Source: an uncultured cyanobacterium (lineage in GTDB: Bacteria > Cyanobacteriota > Cyanobacteriia > Cyanobacteriales > CAWCAG01). From it: 64,000 bases of DNA. Made by a program: the position numbers and the translations under genes. Every line of letters begins with the position of its first letter. Position 1 is the first letter of the stretch. This document shows, one piece after another, positions 20,856 to 31,165 of this stretch. The notes under the pieces were generated by a model. That model saw nothing but the letters and a program-made list of their open reading frames with translations. It did no database searches and was not told where the DNA came from. The stretch is from NCBI GenBank assembly GCA_963803805.1, contig CAWDOD010000002.1:416001-480000 (forward strand), in the 5' to 3' direction.

Positions 20856-21136
20856 GCTATATTTTTTACGTAGTTACTTATGATATTTCTGTTGACAAAA
20901 GACGTAAAAAAGTTTCGGATTTATTAGAAGGATATGGACAGAGGGTTCAATATAGTGTGTTTGAATGTTTTCTAAATCAGGCAAAGTTCATTGAATTATG
21001 TTCTCGAATGGAAAAACATATTGAGATATCAGAAGATAGCATTAGATTTTATCCTTTATCTAAATCCAGCTTAAGCTGTGTAAAGGTTTGGGGAGATCCT
21101 CCTATTAGTAAACCAAGAGGTTCAACTGTTGTTTAG
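20852..21136 (+). CDS. cas2: Cas2
   Basis: YVVTYDIS...RRKKV...YGQRVQYSVFEC...DSIRFY. Confidence 0.97.
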   Translation: MSYIFYVVTYDISVDKRRKKVSDLLEGYGQRVQYSVFECFLNQAKFIELCSRMEKHIEISEDSIRFYPLSKSSLSCVKVWGDPPISKPRGSTVV

Positions 21137-21143
21137 TAGTGAC

Positions 21144-21324
21144 TTGCGGCCGTGTCGCAAAATGCCGAAAAACCCTAGTTTTTCGTTGGCACGGCCGACC
21201 TTAGACTGTGAAAGGATTTCAGCCTCTTTTGCCTATCTTTGTTTGTCTCTGAATTACTTTGTTTTTACTCACGGCCGCAAACCGCTTCTAGACAGTAGGC
21301 TAGGTAAGGCTTTAGAATTAGGGG
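21144..21324 (+). promoter_or_regulatory. CRISPR leader 2
   Basis: Lies between cas2 and the first repeat; near-copy of leader 1. Confidence 0.9.
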
Positions 21325-22550
21325 GTAACGACTTCCACTAGGAAGTAAAGGAGTTGAAACGCAAATTAGAAACGCTAAAGATTATTGTAGTTGAATCGTA
21401 ACGACTTCCACTAGGAAGTAAAGGAGTTGAAACATAACAACTTACTTCTGACCAAATTTTTCCTATATCTTGTAACGACTTCCACTAGGAAGTAAAGGAG
21501 TTGAAACTCCAGTGGTCATTCTTATTATTCTCTGGCAGCGGAATCTATAGAAGAGTAACGACTTCCACTAGGAAGTAAAGGAGTTGAAACTTTTTGGTTC
21601 AATCCTGCTAAACACCCATTGCCAAATAGCGCGGCGGGTAACGACTTCCACTAGGAAGTAAAGGAGTTGAAACACTTTTGTATTACACGCATCTATACTC
21701 TTTTACTATGTAACGACTTCCACTAGGAAGTAAAGGAGTTGAAACGTTAATTGCTCAGCCGAAGTTTCAGTTAATCTAAAGTAACGACTTCCACTAGGAA
21801 GTAAAGGAGTTGAAACAAATTTAATTTGTTAGTCATGGTTTGTTGTCCTTGATTTTGTGTAACGACTTCCACTAGGAAGTAAAGGAGTTGAAACTATATA
21901 TCATGTGCTGTAATGTTGATAGCAGTCCATAGTAACGACTTCCACTAGGAAGTAAAGGAGTTGAAACTTTATTTCTAATGTAAGAAATTAAATTATTTTC
22001 AACTTGTAACGACTTCCACTAGGAAGTAAAGGAGTTGAAACACCCATGTTTCAATGTCTATGTAGTACCATCCTTCAGAGTAACGACTTCCACTAGGAAG
22101 TAAAGGAGTTGAAACCTGAAAGTAATCTATTTTTACTTCTTTGGAGGTAACTTTTTTTTGTAACGACTTCCACTAGGAAGTAAAGGAGTTGAAACTTTGA
22201 GTTTTCAAAAGCCTGATTAGTTTGCTCTACCTCGTAACGACTTCCACTAGGAAGTAAAGGAGTTGAAACTGGAGATAGGTTAATTGTGCTTATTGAAGAG
22301 TAGTTTGAGCGTAACGACTTCCACTAGGAAGTAAAGGAGTTGAAACAAGCATCAACAAACCCTTCTAAGAAAATTGAGATTTTGTAACGACTTCCACTAG
22401 GAAGTAAAGGAGTTGAAACTACAGATTATTCAGGAGTGTCAATTTCATAAATGACCGTAACGACTTCCACTAGGAAGTAAAGGAGTTGAAACCTGCATTT
22501 GTCAAAGTTCTATTGGCGAAAGAAGGAATGTAACGACTTCCACTAGGAAG
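21325..22550 (+). CRISPR. CRISPR array 2: 16 identical 36-nt repeats plus a 21-nt truncated terminal repeat; 16 spacers of 35-47 nt
   Basis: Repeat GTAACGACTTCCACTAGGAAGTAAAGGAGTTGAAAC at 21325, 21398 ... 22457; truncated copy at 22530-22550. Confidence 0.98.
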
Positions 22551-22626
22551 CTAATCTGCTTTCCCACTGCCAAAGCCCTTGACAGATTGCATTTTGGCTT
22601 AACTTCTCACCAATGACCATTAACTA

Positions 22627-23286
22627 TTACCAACTTGGTAAATTTTGGGGAGAACTTGTAGCGCGAGAGAGATTATCTTTGGCTGGTTGGTAACTAAAAT
22701 CAAGTTCGGTGGCAACGCGATAATTTTTGATTCCTTCTAAGGGATTCCCTGTGGTTTCTTGTAGCATACCCAGCAAATTAAAGGCTTCTGGGCGAGAAGG
22801 ATCTATACCGATCGCTTTTTTGGTTTGAGCGATCGCACCCTCAAATTCCCTTTTTCTTGCCTCGTTTTTAGCCGCTTTTAAGCAAGATTCATACTTAGAT
22901 ATTGATTCTTTTTCTGAAGTACTTTCTTCTAAGATTCTGTAGACTAAATTCCGCAATTCTTTGGGTGTAAAAGGCTTTTGCAGAAAGTCTACCGCCCCCA
23001 GTTTCATCGCTTCTACGGCATTGTCTACAGTACCGTGGGCCGAAATAAGCGCAATTTTAATCTCTGGATAAAGTTCTGTGGCCTTTTCTAAAAGTTCCAT
23101 ACCATTCATCCCTGGCATTTGTAAATCTGTGAGGATGAGGTCAAACTTTTCTGCTTGTAGTTGATACAAAGCATCTTTGCCATCAAAGGCAGTATGCACT
23201 TTATATCCCAAAGGATCAAGGGCTGTAGCCACAGTTAAACGAATGTTTTTTTCATCATCAACCACAAGAATTTTAGCTTTAGACAT
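22627..23286 (-). CDS. Response regulator (REC plus TPR-like C-terminus)
   Basis: ILVVDDE, LILTDLQMPGMNG, FLQKPF; C-terminal AIGIDPSRPEAFNLLG. Confidence 0.9.
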   Translation of the reverse strand: MSKAKILVVDDEKNIRLTVATALDPLGYKVHTAFDGKDALYQLQAEKFDLILTDLQMPGMNGMELLEKATELYPEIKIALISAHGTVDNAVEAMKLGAVDFLQKPFTPKELRNLVYRILEESTSEKESISKYESCLKAAKNEARKREFEGAIAQTKKAIGIDPSRPEAFNLLGMLQETTGNPLEGIKNYRVATELDFSYQPAKDNLSRATSSPQNLPSW

Positions 23287-23399
23287 AATTAAAACCTCCT
23301 TTATTTATTATTAATCACTTATTCTATTTGCTTTCTTATTATCAACCACCAAAACCATAACTTCAGACAAAATTAAAATCTCCTTAACTTATTACTTAT

Positions 23400-23526
23400 T
23401 AAGCTGATGTGCATTTAAACTGTGTATTACTCAACTAGGAAATCAGCCCTAAAACCCTTCCCCCATCTCCCTATACCCCTATCTCCCCATCAAACCTAAT
23501 AAGTAAATTAAATGCCTGACAGCTTA
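23400..23526. mobile_element. MITE-like element family B with TA ends
   Basis: Imperfect TIR TAAGCTGATGTGCATTTAA / TTAAATGCCTGACAGCTTA enclosing CCCCATCT-like short tandem repeats. Confidence 0.6.
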
Positions 23527-23537
23527 CTTGTCACCTA

Positions 23538-25358
23538 TCATCCATTTCTAGCTAAATTAAAAGTAAAAGTACTACCCTCTCCTGGAAGAGAATCAACCCA
23601 AATCCTCCCACCGTGAGCTTTAATAATTTCTTGACAAATGGCTAACCCTAAACCACTTCCCCCCACATCTTTTTCTGTTTCTACCTGAACGAATTTATCA
23701 AAAATTTTGCTTTGATATTCTAAGGGAATACCTGCCCCGTCATCACTAACTGAGAAGTTAACCCAGTTGCCTTTTAAGCTTCCTGCAACCCTAATTTCTC
23801 CTCCTGCATCTGTGTAGCGTATAGCATTAGCGATTAAGTTAGTTAGTACCCAAATTATTTTATCAGCATCTGCTTTAACTTGGGGTAGTGGGGAAGAATT
23901 TTTTTCTAGTAAGGAAACTTGCTTTTCTTGGGCTTGCACCTTTAAGCAAGAAATCGCTTTTTTAATTATAGTTTGCGGTTCTACACTGGCCAAAGCTATC
24001 TCCATACGTCCCGACTCCATTTTTGATAAGTCGAGAAGTTCATTAACCAAACCCCGCAAACGTTCTACATCTTCTCCGGCAGCTTCTAAAAGTTCCATTT
24101 CTGTGGCAGAAAGTTTTTCTCCGGCTGTTTCTAAAAGCAGGTTAATACTCATAGACATACCCGTTAAAGGAGTGCGTAATTCATGGGAAGCTGTGGCCAC
24201 AAAATCACTTTTAAGCTGGTCTAATTCCTTGAGTTTGGTGACATTTTGCAACAGAAGAATCACCCCTAATTGCTTACCTTCAGTTTCTGTTGTTACAGGG
24301 GTAATAGAATATTGATAATACTCAGTTTTGCCGTTACTTTCCAAAGGTAATATTGCTTCTGCTTCCTCTGCTAATGGGGGAGATTTTCCTGTTTGAGCAG
24401 TTTTTTCTATTTTTTCATAAAACTGTTGGTTATTGAACACAGTCAGGAAATGATTGCCTGTAGCTAATTGAGGTTTAGTGTTAATAATATTAGCAGCAGT
24501 GGGATTAATCGCAATAATTTTCAACTCCCCATCCACAACAACAATGCCGTCACTAATACTATAAATAATGGCTTCGCTACGCTGTTTTTCGGCAATAACT
24601 TTATCTACATTTAACTCATGAAAGCTTTTCAGATTTTGGCTCATTACCGTAATTCCTCTCCCCAAACTTCCTAATTCATCTTGGGATCTAGAAATTATTT
24701 CGACATCGTAGTCTCCCTCAGCAATACGAGTAGTAGCAAGGGTCATTTCCTTTAAAGGTTTAACTAAACGATTAGAAAGCAACAAACTAAAAGTTAAACC
24801 TAAACCTGCTGCTGCGCCACCAGCCGCTATCATAGACAAAGTAGCTTGCTCAGAAATTTCTTGCGCCCTTTCTGAAGCAATAACCATAGTTTGTTGATTC
24901 AAATCTCGCAATTTAATGCAAGTTTGACGTACTTCTTGGAAAACAGGTAGTATTTCCTCATAATAATTAGCAGAGTCAGTTAGTTGTTGGTTTAACTCAG
25001 CAACATTAAGATAGTTTTGATACTGCTTTTCTAAGGCTTTAAGAAGTTCCTTTTCCCCAGCAATAGTTATATTATCTTCAGCACGGCTATACCATTGCAA
25101 AAATTCAAATTCATTAGCTAAGAATTGTTGTTGACCCTGAGATTGATTTTCTAATAAAAATAATAAAACAGCACTATCTTGGCGCTCAATAGCATCAATC
25201 ATATTTTCGGCTGCCAGAATGCTACGGTAGTTTTCTTCTAGGATTGCTTCGCTTGCTCTGCCCAAACGTCGCAGATTAATAACCCCCCAACCACAGACTA
25301 AGATAACAAGGGTTAAAACAACGCTATAGCCAATGAGGATTTTGCTTCTTAGTTTCAT
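23538..25358 (-). CDS. Sensor histidine kinase (2 TM, HAMP, PAS, HisKA, HATPase)
   Basis: ASHELRTPL H-box, NLIANAIRY, DDGAGI, GSGLGLAI. Confidence 0.95.
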   Translation of the reverse strand: MKLRSKILIGYSVVLTLVILVCGWGVINLRRLGRASEAILEENYRSILAAENMIDAIERQDSAVLLFLLENQSQGQQQFLANEFEFLQWYSRAEDNITIAGEKELLKALEKQYQNYLNVAELNQQLTDSANYYEEILPVFQEVRQTCIKLRDLNQQTMVIASERAQEISEQATLSMIAAGGAAAGLGLTFSLLLSNRLVKPLKEMTLATTRIAEGDYDVEIISRSQDELGSLGRGITVMSQNLKSFHELNVDKVIAEKQRSEAIIYSISDGIVVVDGELKIIAINPTAANIINTKPQLATGNHFLTVFNNQQFYEKIEKTAQTGKSPPLAEEAEAILPLESNGKTEYYQYSITPVTTETEGKQLGVILLLQNVTKLKELDQLKSDFVATASHELRTPLTGMSMSINLLLETAGEKLSATEMELLEAAGEDVERLRGLVNELLDLSKMESGRMEIALASVEPQTIIKKAISCLKVQAQEKQVSLLEKNSSPLPQVKADADKIIWVLTNLIANAIRYTDAGGEIRVAGSLKGNWVNFSVSDDGAGIPLEYQSKIFDKFVQVETEKDVGGSGLGLAICQEIIKAHGGRIWVDSLPGEGSTFTFNLARNG

Positions 25359-25771
25359 CTAAAATCTGGGTATAACCCTATTAATGATAATCCCCTAACG
25401 CACTCAATAAAATCAGCAATCTTACTTACGCTTTATGAAAGAAATAGTTGAAAATGTAAGACAAATTATGTACGAATCACAAAATTCTTAGTGCGATCGC
25501 AACTAAAAATCTATTAACAAATTCCCCAAAAAAAAGCGTTCAAAGCTTCTTCTTTTCGTGGTAAAATTAAATTTATCATAATAGGGATATCAGCACTAAA
25601 GTCTAGGCGAAACTATTCCCATTATGACATATACCTTTAAAAAAAGAATATCATAAAACAGGGACAAATAAACATAAAATTTTTCAATTTATCACCAAAT
25701 TACTGGGGAAAGATTTTTGAGTTCAAGCTGGAAAATTCTCATCTTCTTGAGGATTATCTCAATCTTCTCAA

Positions 25772-26470
25772 TTATTCCTCTGAAAAAGAGCGACCAGATA
25801 GTTTTTCGACAAAGCTTTGATGCTCAGGAGAATTTAATCCCTGTTGTAAAGTTGCTAACAACTTAGCTAAATCTCCTTTAATTAAAGGTTCTTTGTTTAA
25901 CCACAAACCAGGAAAATATTCACTACAAACAATACCTTCTTCATTGGGTTGAAGTTTAATATATTTACCTTCTCTTAATCGAAACCAATCCAATTCTCCA
26001 TCATAAACTCGCCAAACTAAATATTCTTGAACTTGATTGCGTCGGTAAGCTTTTAATTTGTCGTGTAAGTCAATAGAAGCTGTGCTAGCAGAGATTTCGA
26101 CAATTAATTCTGGCGCACCTTCTATATAATCTTCTTCGCTAATAGTTGATTGTCCATTTTCAGTAATTCTTAATAAAGCGTCGGGTTGAGGTTCATTTTC
26201 TGCATCAAGGCGTACCGTACAATTGTCTCCTACTTCAACTCCTGGTGTAGCTGACCAATATGTAAATAACCAACCCATAATAAGGGCATGAGGTTTTCCA
26301 TGTTGAGTAAATCTTAAAGGGGATGCCATATAAACTATTCCTTCAATTAGTTCCGCTTTTTTAACATGAGGCATTTGTTCATAGCGCTGTTCAAATTCAA
26401 AGCGAGTAAGTTGGTCCCCATTTTCTAGGGGAGGAATGGTTTTTATTAGTGTTAAAGTATTTTGCGGCAT
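25772..26470 (-). CDS. Uma2 family endonuclease-like protein
   Basis: PPLENGDQL, AELIEG, PQPD, APELIVEIS, KLKAY. Confidence 0.9.
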   Translation of the reverse strand: MPQNTLTLIKTIPPLENGDQLTRFEFEQRYEQMPHVKKAELIEGIVYMASPLRFTQHGKPHALIMGWLFTYWSATPGVEVGDNCTVRLDAENEPQPDALLRITENGQSTISEEDYIEGAPELIVEISASTASIDLHDKLKAYRRNQVQEYLVWRVYDGELDWFRLREGKYIKLQPNEEGIVCSEYFPGLWLNKEPLIKGDLAKLLATLQQGLNSPEHQSFVEKLSGRSFSEE

Positions 26471-26518
26471 AACAAAGACTAAGAAGAGAAAAAAGTTCTA
26501 TTGTCTGGAGAATGAAAG

Positions 26519-26669
26519 GGGAGCATCTCAAATTGGTAAATACAGGCTTTAGCCGTCAACTTGATATTAGCTTCACTGAAGCAGCAAGAAATGTATTCTT
26601 AAAGCTAACAGCTAACAGCTAATAGCTAACTTCACAGACAAACTATTTCTGCAAAACTGAGATGCTCCC
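26519..26669. mobile_element. MITE family A, copy 2 (151 bp) with 8-bp TSD
   Basis: Same TIRs as 8533-8690 in inverted orientation; flanked by direct repeat AATGAAAG (26511-26518 and 26670-26677). Confidence 0.92.
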
Positions 26670-26807
26670 AATGAAAGCGATCGCCTCTCTATTTTAGGTG
26701 ATAACAAATCCGGTTGTTGAAGACCTAACCTGCAAAATCTAAAGTACAAAAATTCCCCCAGATTAATAATAATCTGAGGGAACTGTCTTAGCTTAATATA
26801 ATTACAA

Positions 26808-29800
26808 CTAATCAAGAACAGCTAAAGCACCTGCACTTGCAGAGGCGATCGCAGAAATAAAAGCAGTAAAGAAGAGCCACCAAGAGGCCGCAGCAGCAGC
26901 TTTGCGGGTTTCATCTGCCTGTTTTTGTGCCTGCAACTTAGCTTCTTCTATACGAGCAGCCGTCTGTTGTTGCAAACGCTCTGCCCTTTGTAAGACGCGG
27001 TTACGAGTACTTTCGATTTGCTCGATGGTACGATTAGCCTGAGCTTCTGAGATATCATCACGGGAACTCAACAGAGCAACTAAGGTATCGCGGTCGAATT
27101 GCGAGAGGCGATCGCGCAGGGCATCAAAACCAGCTTCGGGATCATCAAATAAGGTGGTTACATCCCTTTTAATACCTTCGTAGTTAAGTTCAGGACGCTC
27201 TAAACTATTGAGGTAGGCACGAATCCGCTCAAAGATGCTGTCAACAATGGATTGCAGCTTAGACTGAACCATCTTAAATTGATTGAGGAATTGATCCCGT
27301 ACCTCAACAATGTTATCTACAATGCGATTAACATCTTCTTCGGAAACATCGTCCCTTTGAGACAACAAGGCAACTAAGGTAGAACGATCAAAAGCAGCTA
27401 GGCGTTCTTTTAAACTTTGCGCTCCTAAACGGGGGTCATTAAGCAGTAGTTGTAGGTCGTATTTAATGCCTTCCGGACTGAGTTCTGCTTTATCTGTAGA
27501 GCGCAAGTAATCACCAATTGCACCTTGAAAGTCCTGTACTTTGCTTTGGGCGCGGCTGGCAATGCGGCGAGGGGCTTTAACAATGCTACGCAGAGTCCCC
27601 TGCACCTCATCAATTACTTGATTGATTTGTGCTTCATCCAGGTCATCTCGTTGGTTCAGCAACTGTACTAAGGTGTCGCGATCCATAGCCGCTATGCGCC
27701 TTTGAATGGCTTTCCCCCCTGCTTGAGGGTCATCAAACAGTTTAGCTAAATCTCGCTTAATACCATCAGGGTTAAGCTCTGCTTTCCCCGTATTGCGTAG
27801 ATAATCGGTAACAGCGGAGGTTGCTTTGTCGTATTGTTCCTGGGCTTTGCCAACCAACTTTTTCGGACTACGACGAACGCGAGTCCAATTTTTTTCAACT
27901 TGATTAATGGCTTGGTGAACTTGCTCTTCGCTGAGGTCGTTACGTTGGGTAAGCAACTGCACTAAGGTATCACGATCAAAACGAGAGGCACGCTGGCGTA
28001 AGGCACTCATTCCAACTTGAGGATCATCAAGAAGTAGTTTTAGTTCCCGTTCAATTGCCTGGGGATTTAACTCATTTTTACCCGTATCTCGCAAAAAGGA
28101 TTGTACCTTGCGCCATTGTTCGTCAGCTTTAGCCTTTGCTGCCCCCAAGGTTTCTTGAGATTCTTGCAGAACTCGTCCTTTAGCTTCTTCTAAATAGACG
28201 ATGATCTGAGCTTTTTCATGGGGTTCTAAGTCAGAACGTTGGTCTAAAATACGCTCAAAGGTAGGACGGTCAAATTGAGCAAGGCGGCTGTTAAGCTGCT
28301 CGTAGTCTAGATCCGAGTTTTCTAATATTGGTTTGAAGTTAAGCTGAATTCTTTCTGGGGTAAGCTCTTCAATAGGAGTAGCAAGTAAGTACTGTTCTAC
28401 CTCTGCTAACAAAGCAATTTGTGCTTCCCGTCCATGGGCTGCTTGGGCTGTTGCTAAGGCTTCTAGACGAATAGATTCTAGCAAATTGGCAATGCTATTA
28501 ATTTTGTCTTGAGTGTAAATCCCTTTTTCTTGGAGTAAATCAACAAAATCAGCACGGCTGATTTCCTCTAATTCCTGAGCAACTGCTTCTGGATCAGCAT
28601 CTGGATCGTAAATTACGTCCCTGAATTCTCGCTCTACAATTCCAGGCTTAAGCTGCCAAGAATAGGCGTTGAGGATGTAATTCTCAATATCTGCTTTTAC
28701 TAAGCTATCTGCTGCTTCCTCACTGCTGCTAGAGGTGATAGCTCCTTTTTCTGTTAACTGGTCTTTTGCCATACGCAACTTGACGAGCAACTTTTTCAGC
28801 ATCAAAGTCAGAAAGGTCAGTACGCCCCATTACCATACCTACTAGGCTATTTATGCCAGTGGTAAGAGCTTGAGAAATGGGACCTGTGGACTCTTGATTT
28901 TCTTGGGATTGGCGACTCTGGCGCAATTCATCAACCAAATCACCTAGCTTATTAGTAAACTCATCTCCTACTAAGCTACTCGGAGCAGCAGACTTAACAT
29001 AATCAACTAATTCACCAAGAGGATCTCTGCGTTGAGGTAATTTATCTACAGTTTTTCGCCAAACTGATTCTAAGGTAGCAGCAAGTTTCTCTGTCTCCCT
29101 CTTAGATAAGTCGCTACGTTCACTAACTAAATCGACAAAGGTTTGTCTATCTATGTCCCGGAGACTATCCGCTTCTGTAAGCTCTTGTAATTTAGGGTCA
29201 TTAAGCAGGGATTCCATTTCTGCACTAACCCGTTGTAGATTCTAGTTGAGGAGGGCGTATGGTTCCTAAGTAATCTTCTAGCTTTTCTTTAACCATGTCA
29301 GGGTCTACGGCTGAAGCCAGTTCCCGACGCACAGCAGCAGCGGCCGCTTCTGCTGTAGCTACTACTTTGTTACTAGCCGCGTCTCCTACCCATAACAGCA
29401 GCAGCAGTTCCTACCAAAGCTTGGAAACCGGATGTTGCTGTATTAACTACTGAACCCACGAGGGAACCAACGGTGGTAGAACTTACCCACACTAGAAGGC
29501 AAAAGTAAGTTGCCCAAATTACCAAACCCAGAATGGCTCCTGTAGCAGGTACTTCTAATAAACTAAGCTTAATAGCTAAAAAACAAGCAAAGAATAGGGA
29601 GAGGGTGACGCTAATTAGAGTTGCTAGTCCTAAGGCAAAGCCAATTTTACGGATTGTACTTCCGAAACTATCTGAACTACCAGAGTCGGAATCCGAATCA
29701 GAAGAGCCTCCAGCTAAAGAAATTCCGGTGGCAACACCTAGATTGGTTAGAAGTAATTGGAAGGCGAAGGCTAAAACTAAACCAGCAATAAGAGCCATAA

Positions 29801-29927
29801 GAAATTCAGGGCCACTGAAAATCAAGGCTGCTTCTTCTGCTGTTTCTGGGTCAGGTTCTACAATTACCTGGCCCAGCCAGAATATTAAGCTACCAATTTT
29901 AGGTAGCATTATTTCACTCTGAAACAT
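26808..29927 (-). CDS. Large (about 1040 aa) membrane-anchored alpha-helical repeat protein, split by about three indels
   Basis: Tracked ORFs 29373-29927, 28729-29217 and 26808-28805 are joined by the intervening frame VVATAEAAAAAVRRELASAVDPDMVKEKLEDYLG. Repeated FDRDTLVxLLxQRxD...YLRxTxKxELNP units; N- and C-terminal TM segments. Confidence 0.75.
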
Positions 29928-30170
29928 AAAGTATTTCTCAACTAGATTGTGGATTTTTTATTTTTAACTGATATAATGCAGCCATAAAAAGATTAGTTGA
30001 ATTAATAACAGTTAGTTCGCTGCAAGATTGATGTTACTCCTAACAATAAATAAAGTCATCTCTCCCAAGTGATAAAGCATAGTTTAACCCCCTAATACGT
30101 AGGTTATAAAATTATTTAACATCAAGTTGATTTTAATAGTAACAGGAATGCCCACTTATTTCTTAAGCAA

Positions 30171-30261
30171 TAAGCTGTTAATCACTTAACTTGGGATATG
30201 CACAGGCTGAAGTTCCTATCCTGTATAGATATCTGATTCAATTTAAATGCCGATTGGCTTA
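30171..30261. mobile_element. Degenerate MITE-like element resembling family B
   Basis: Ends TAAGCTGTTAATCACTTAA / TTAAATGCCGATTGGCTTA resemble those of 23400-23526. Confidence 0.35.
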
Positions 30262-30536
30262 ATGCACCGTCCTCTGCTAACACTTGAGACGTACTCCTTA
30301 AGAGCTACTGTTCTAGATAAATAAAGTGGATTTAGAGCCTTGGAATCCAGTCTATTGGCAATAGATCAAGACTGATTTTGTTTTGTTAATTTTTTGGTTA
30401 GCTATTTGACAAATGCAGTTATGATTTTATTTATGCTAACAAATAGCAATTTTAACTGCTTACTAAACTAGGAAAAAATTGCTTTCATTACTGATAGCTA
30501 CTAGTGTTAAATTATTGTGTAAGTTTAGTGTCATCT

Positions 30537-30920
30537 ATGCCTGAACAAGAACTGCCTACTCGCGGACAGTTAGAGAGAAGTTTATCCCAAAAAATTCAAG
30601 GTCTTTATCGTCAACAACTAGGACATCAGCCTAGCAAAATTAGCTGCAATCTGAGCGGAGAACAATTAACAATCCTCATAGAAAATGCAGTTACTCAGCC
30701 AGAACAGTTCCTGCTAGAAAAAGGAAAAGAAGAATTAACTGAAGAGGTACGCTCAAACTTAGAGGATGTTCTTGAAAGTAGTCTTAAGACATTGATTAAA
30801 GATATTGTCGGTGTAGAAGTTATAGATTTGCTCAGTGACACTACTTTAGAAACGGGAAGAAGTGCAGTGATTGCAGTTTTAGCCAGTAAACCACAATTAC
30901 GCAGCAAATTTTCCGATTAA
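30537..30920 (+). CDS. DUF2294-family protein
   Basis: PTRGQLERSLSQKIQGLYRQQLGHQP...DLLSDTTLETGR; ATG at 30537 preferred. Confidence 0.8.
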   Translation: MPEQELPTRGQLERSLSQKIQGLYRQQLGHQPSKISCNLSGEQLTILIENAVTQPEQFLLEKGKEELTEEVRSNLEDVLESSLKTLIKDIVGVEVIDLLSDTTLETGRSAVIAVLASKPQLRSKFSD

Positions 30921-31107
30921 ATTAAATTATTTATAACAGGAATTAATGTTAAATCAAATACAGATCACTAAATTGGTGGAAGTTGGTGAGTACAAATAAA
31001 AATTGTACTGGCTAACAACCACTCAATAAATCGTGATCTGAGCTATACCCTTCTAGGCCTTTTTATTTGAGCTAGAACGATATAGGCATATATAAAACTT
31101 ACTATAT

Positions 31108-31159
31108 ATCTACAGTTGCTGATAGTTTAAATCTTAACTTACTCCCAGCAACTGTAGAT
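31108..31159 (-). terminator. Stem-loop 3' of the general stress gene
   Basis: 14-bp perfect inverted repeat ATCTACAGTTGCTG / CAGCAACTGTAGAT. Confidence 0.5.
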
Positions 31160-31165
31160 GAATAT

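Noticed and set aside
10183-21136. cas6, cas4, RT-cas1 fusion, csx3/ring nuclease or tracrRNA in the locus
   Set aside because: No unassigned ORF space or matching motifs; Cas1 is of stand-alone size; no anti-repeat seen.
21129-21341. 70-aa ORF after cas2
   Set aside because: Coincides with leader 2 and the first repeat; no evidence of coding.
9158-22529. Self-targeting spacers within the window
   Set aside because: None noticed by eye; an exhaustive alignment was not possible, so not formally excluded.
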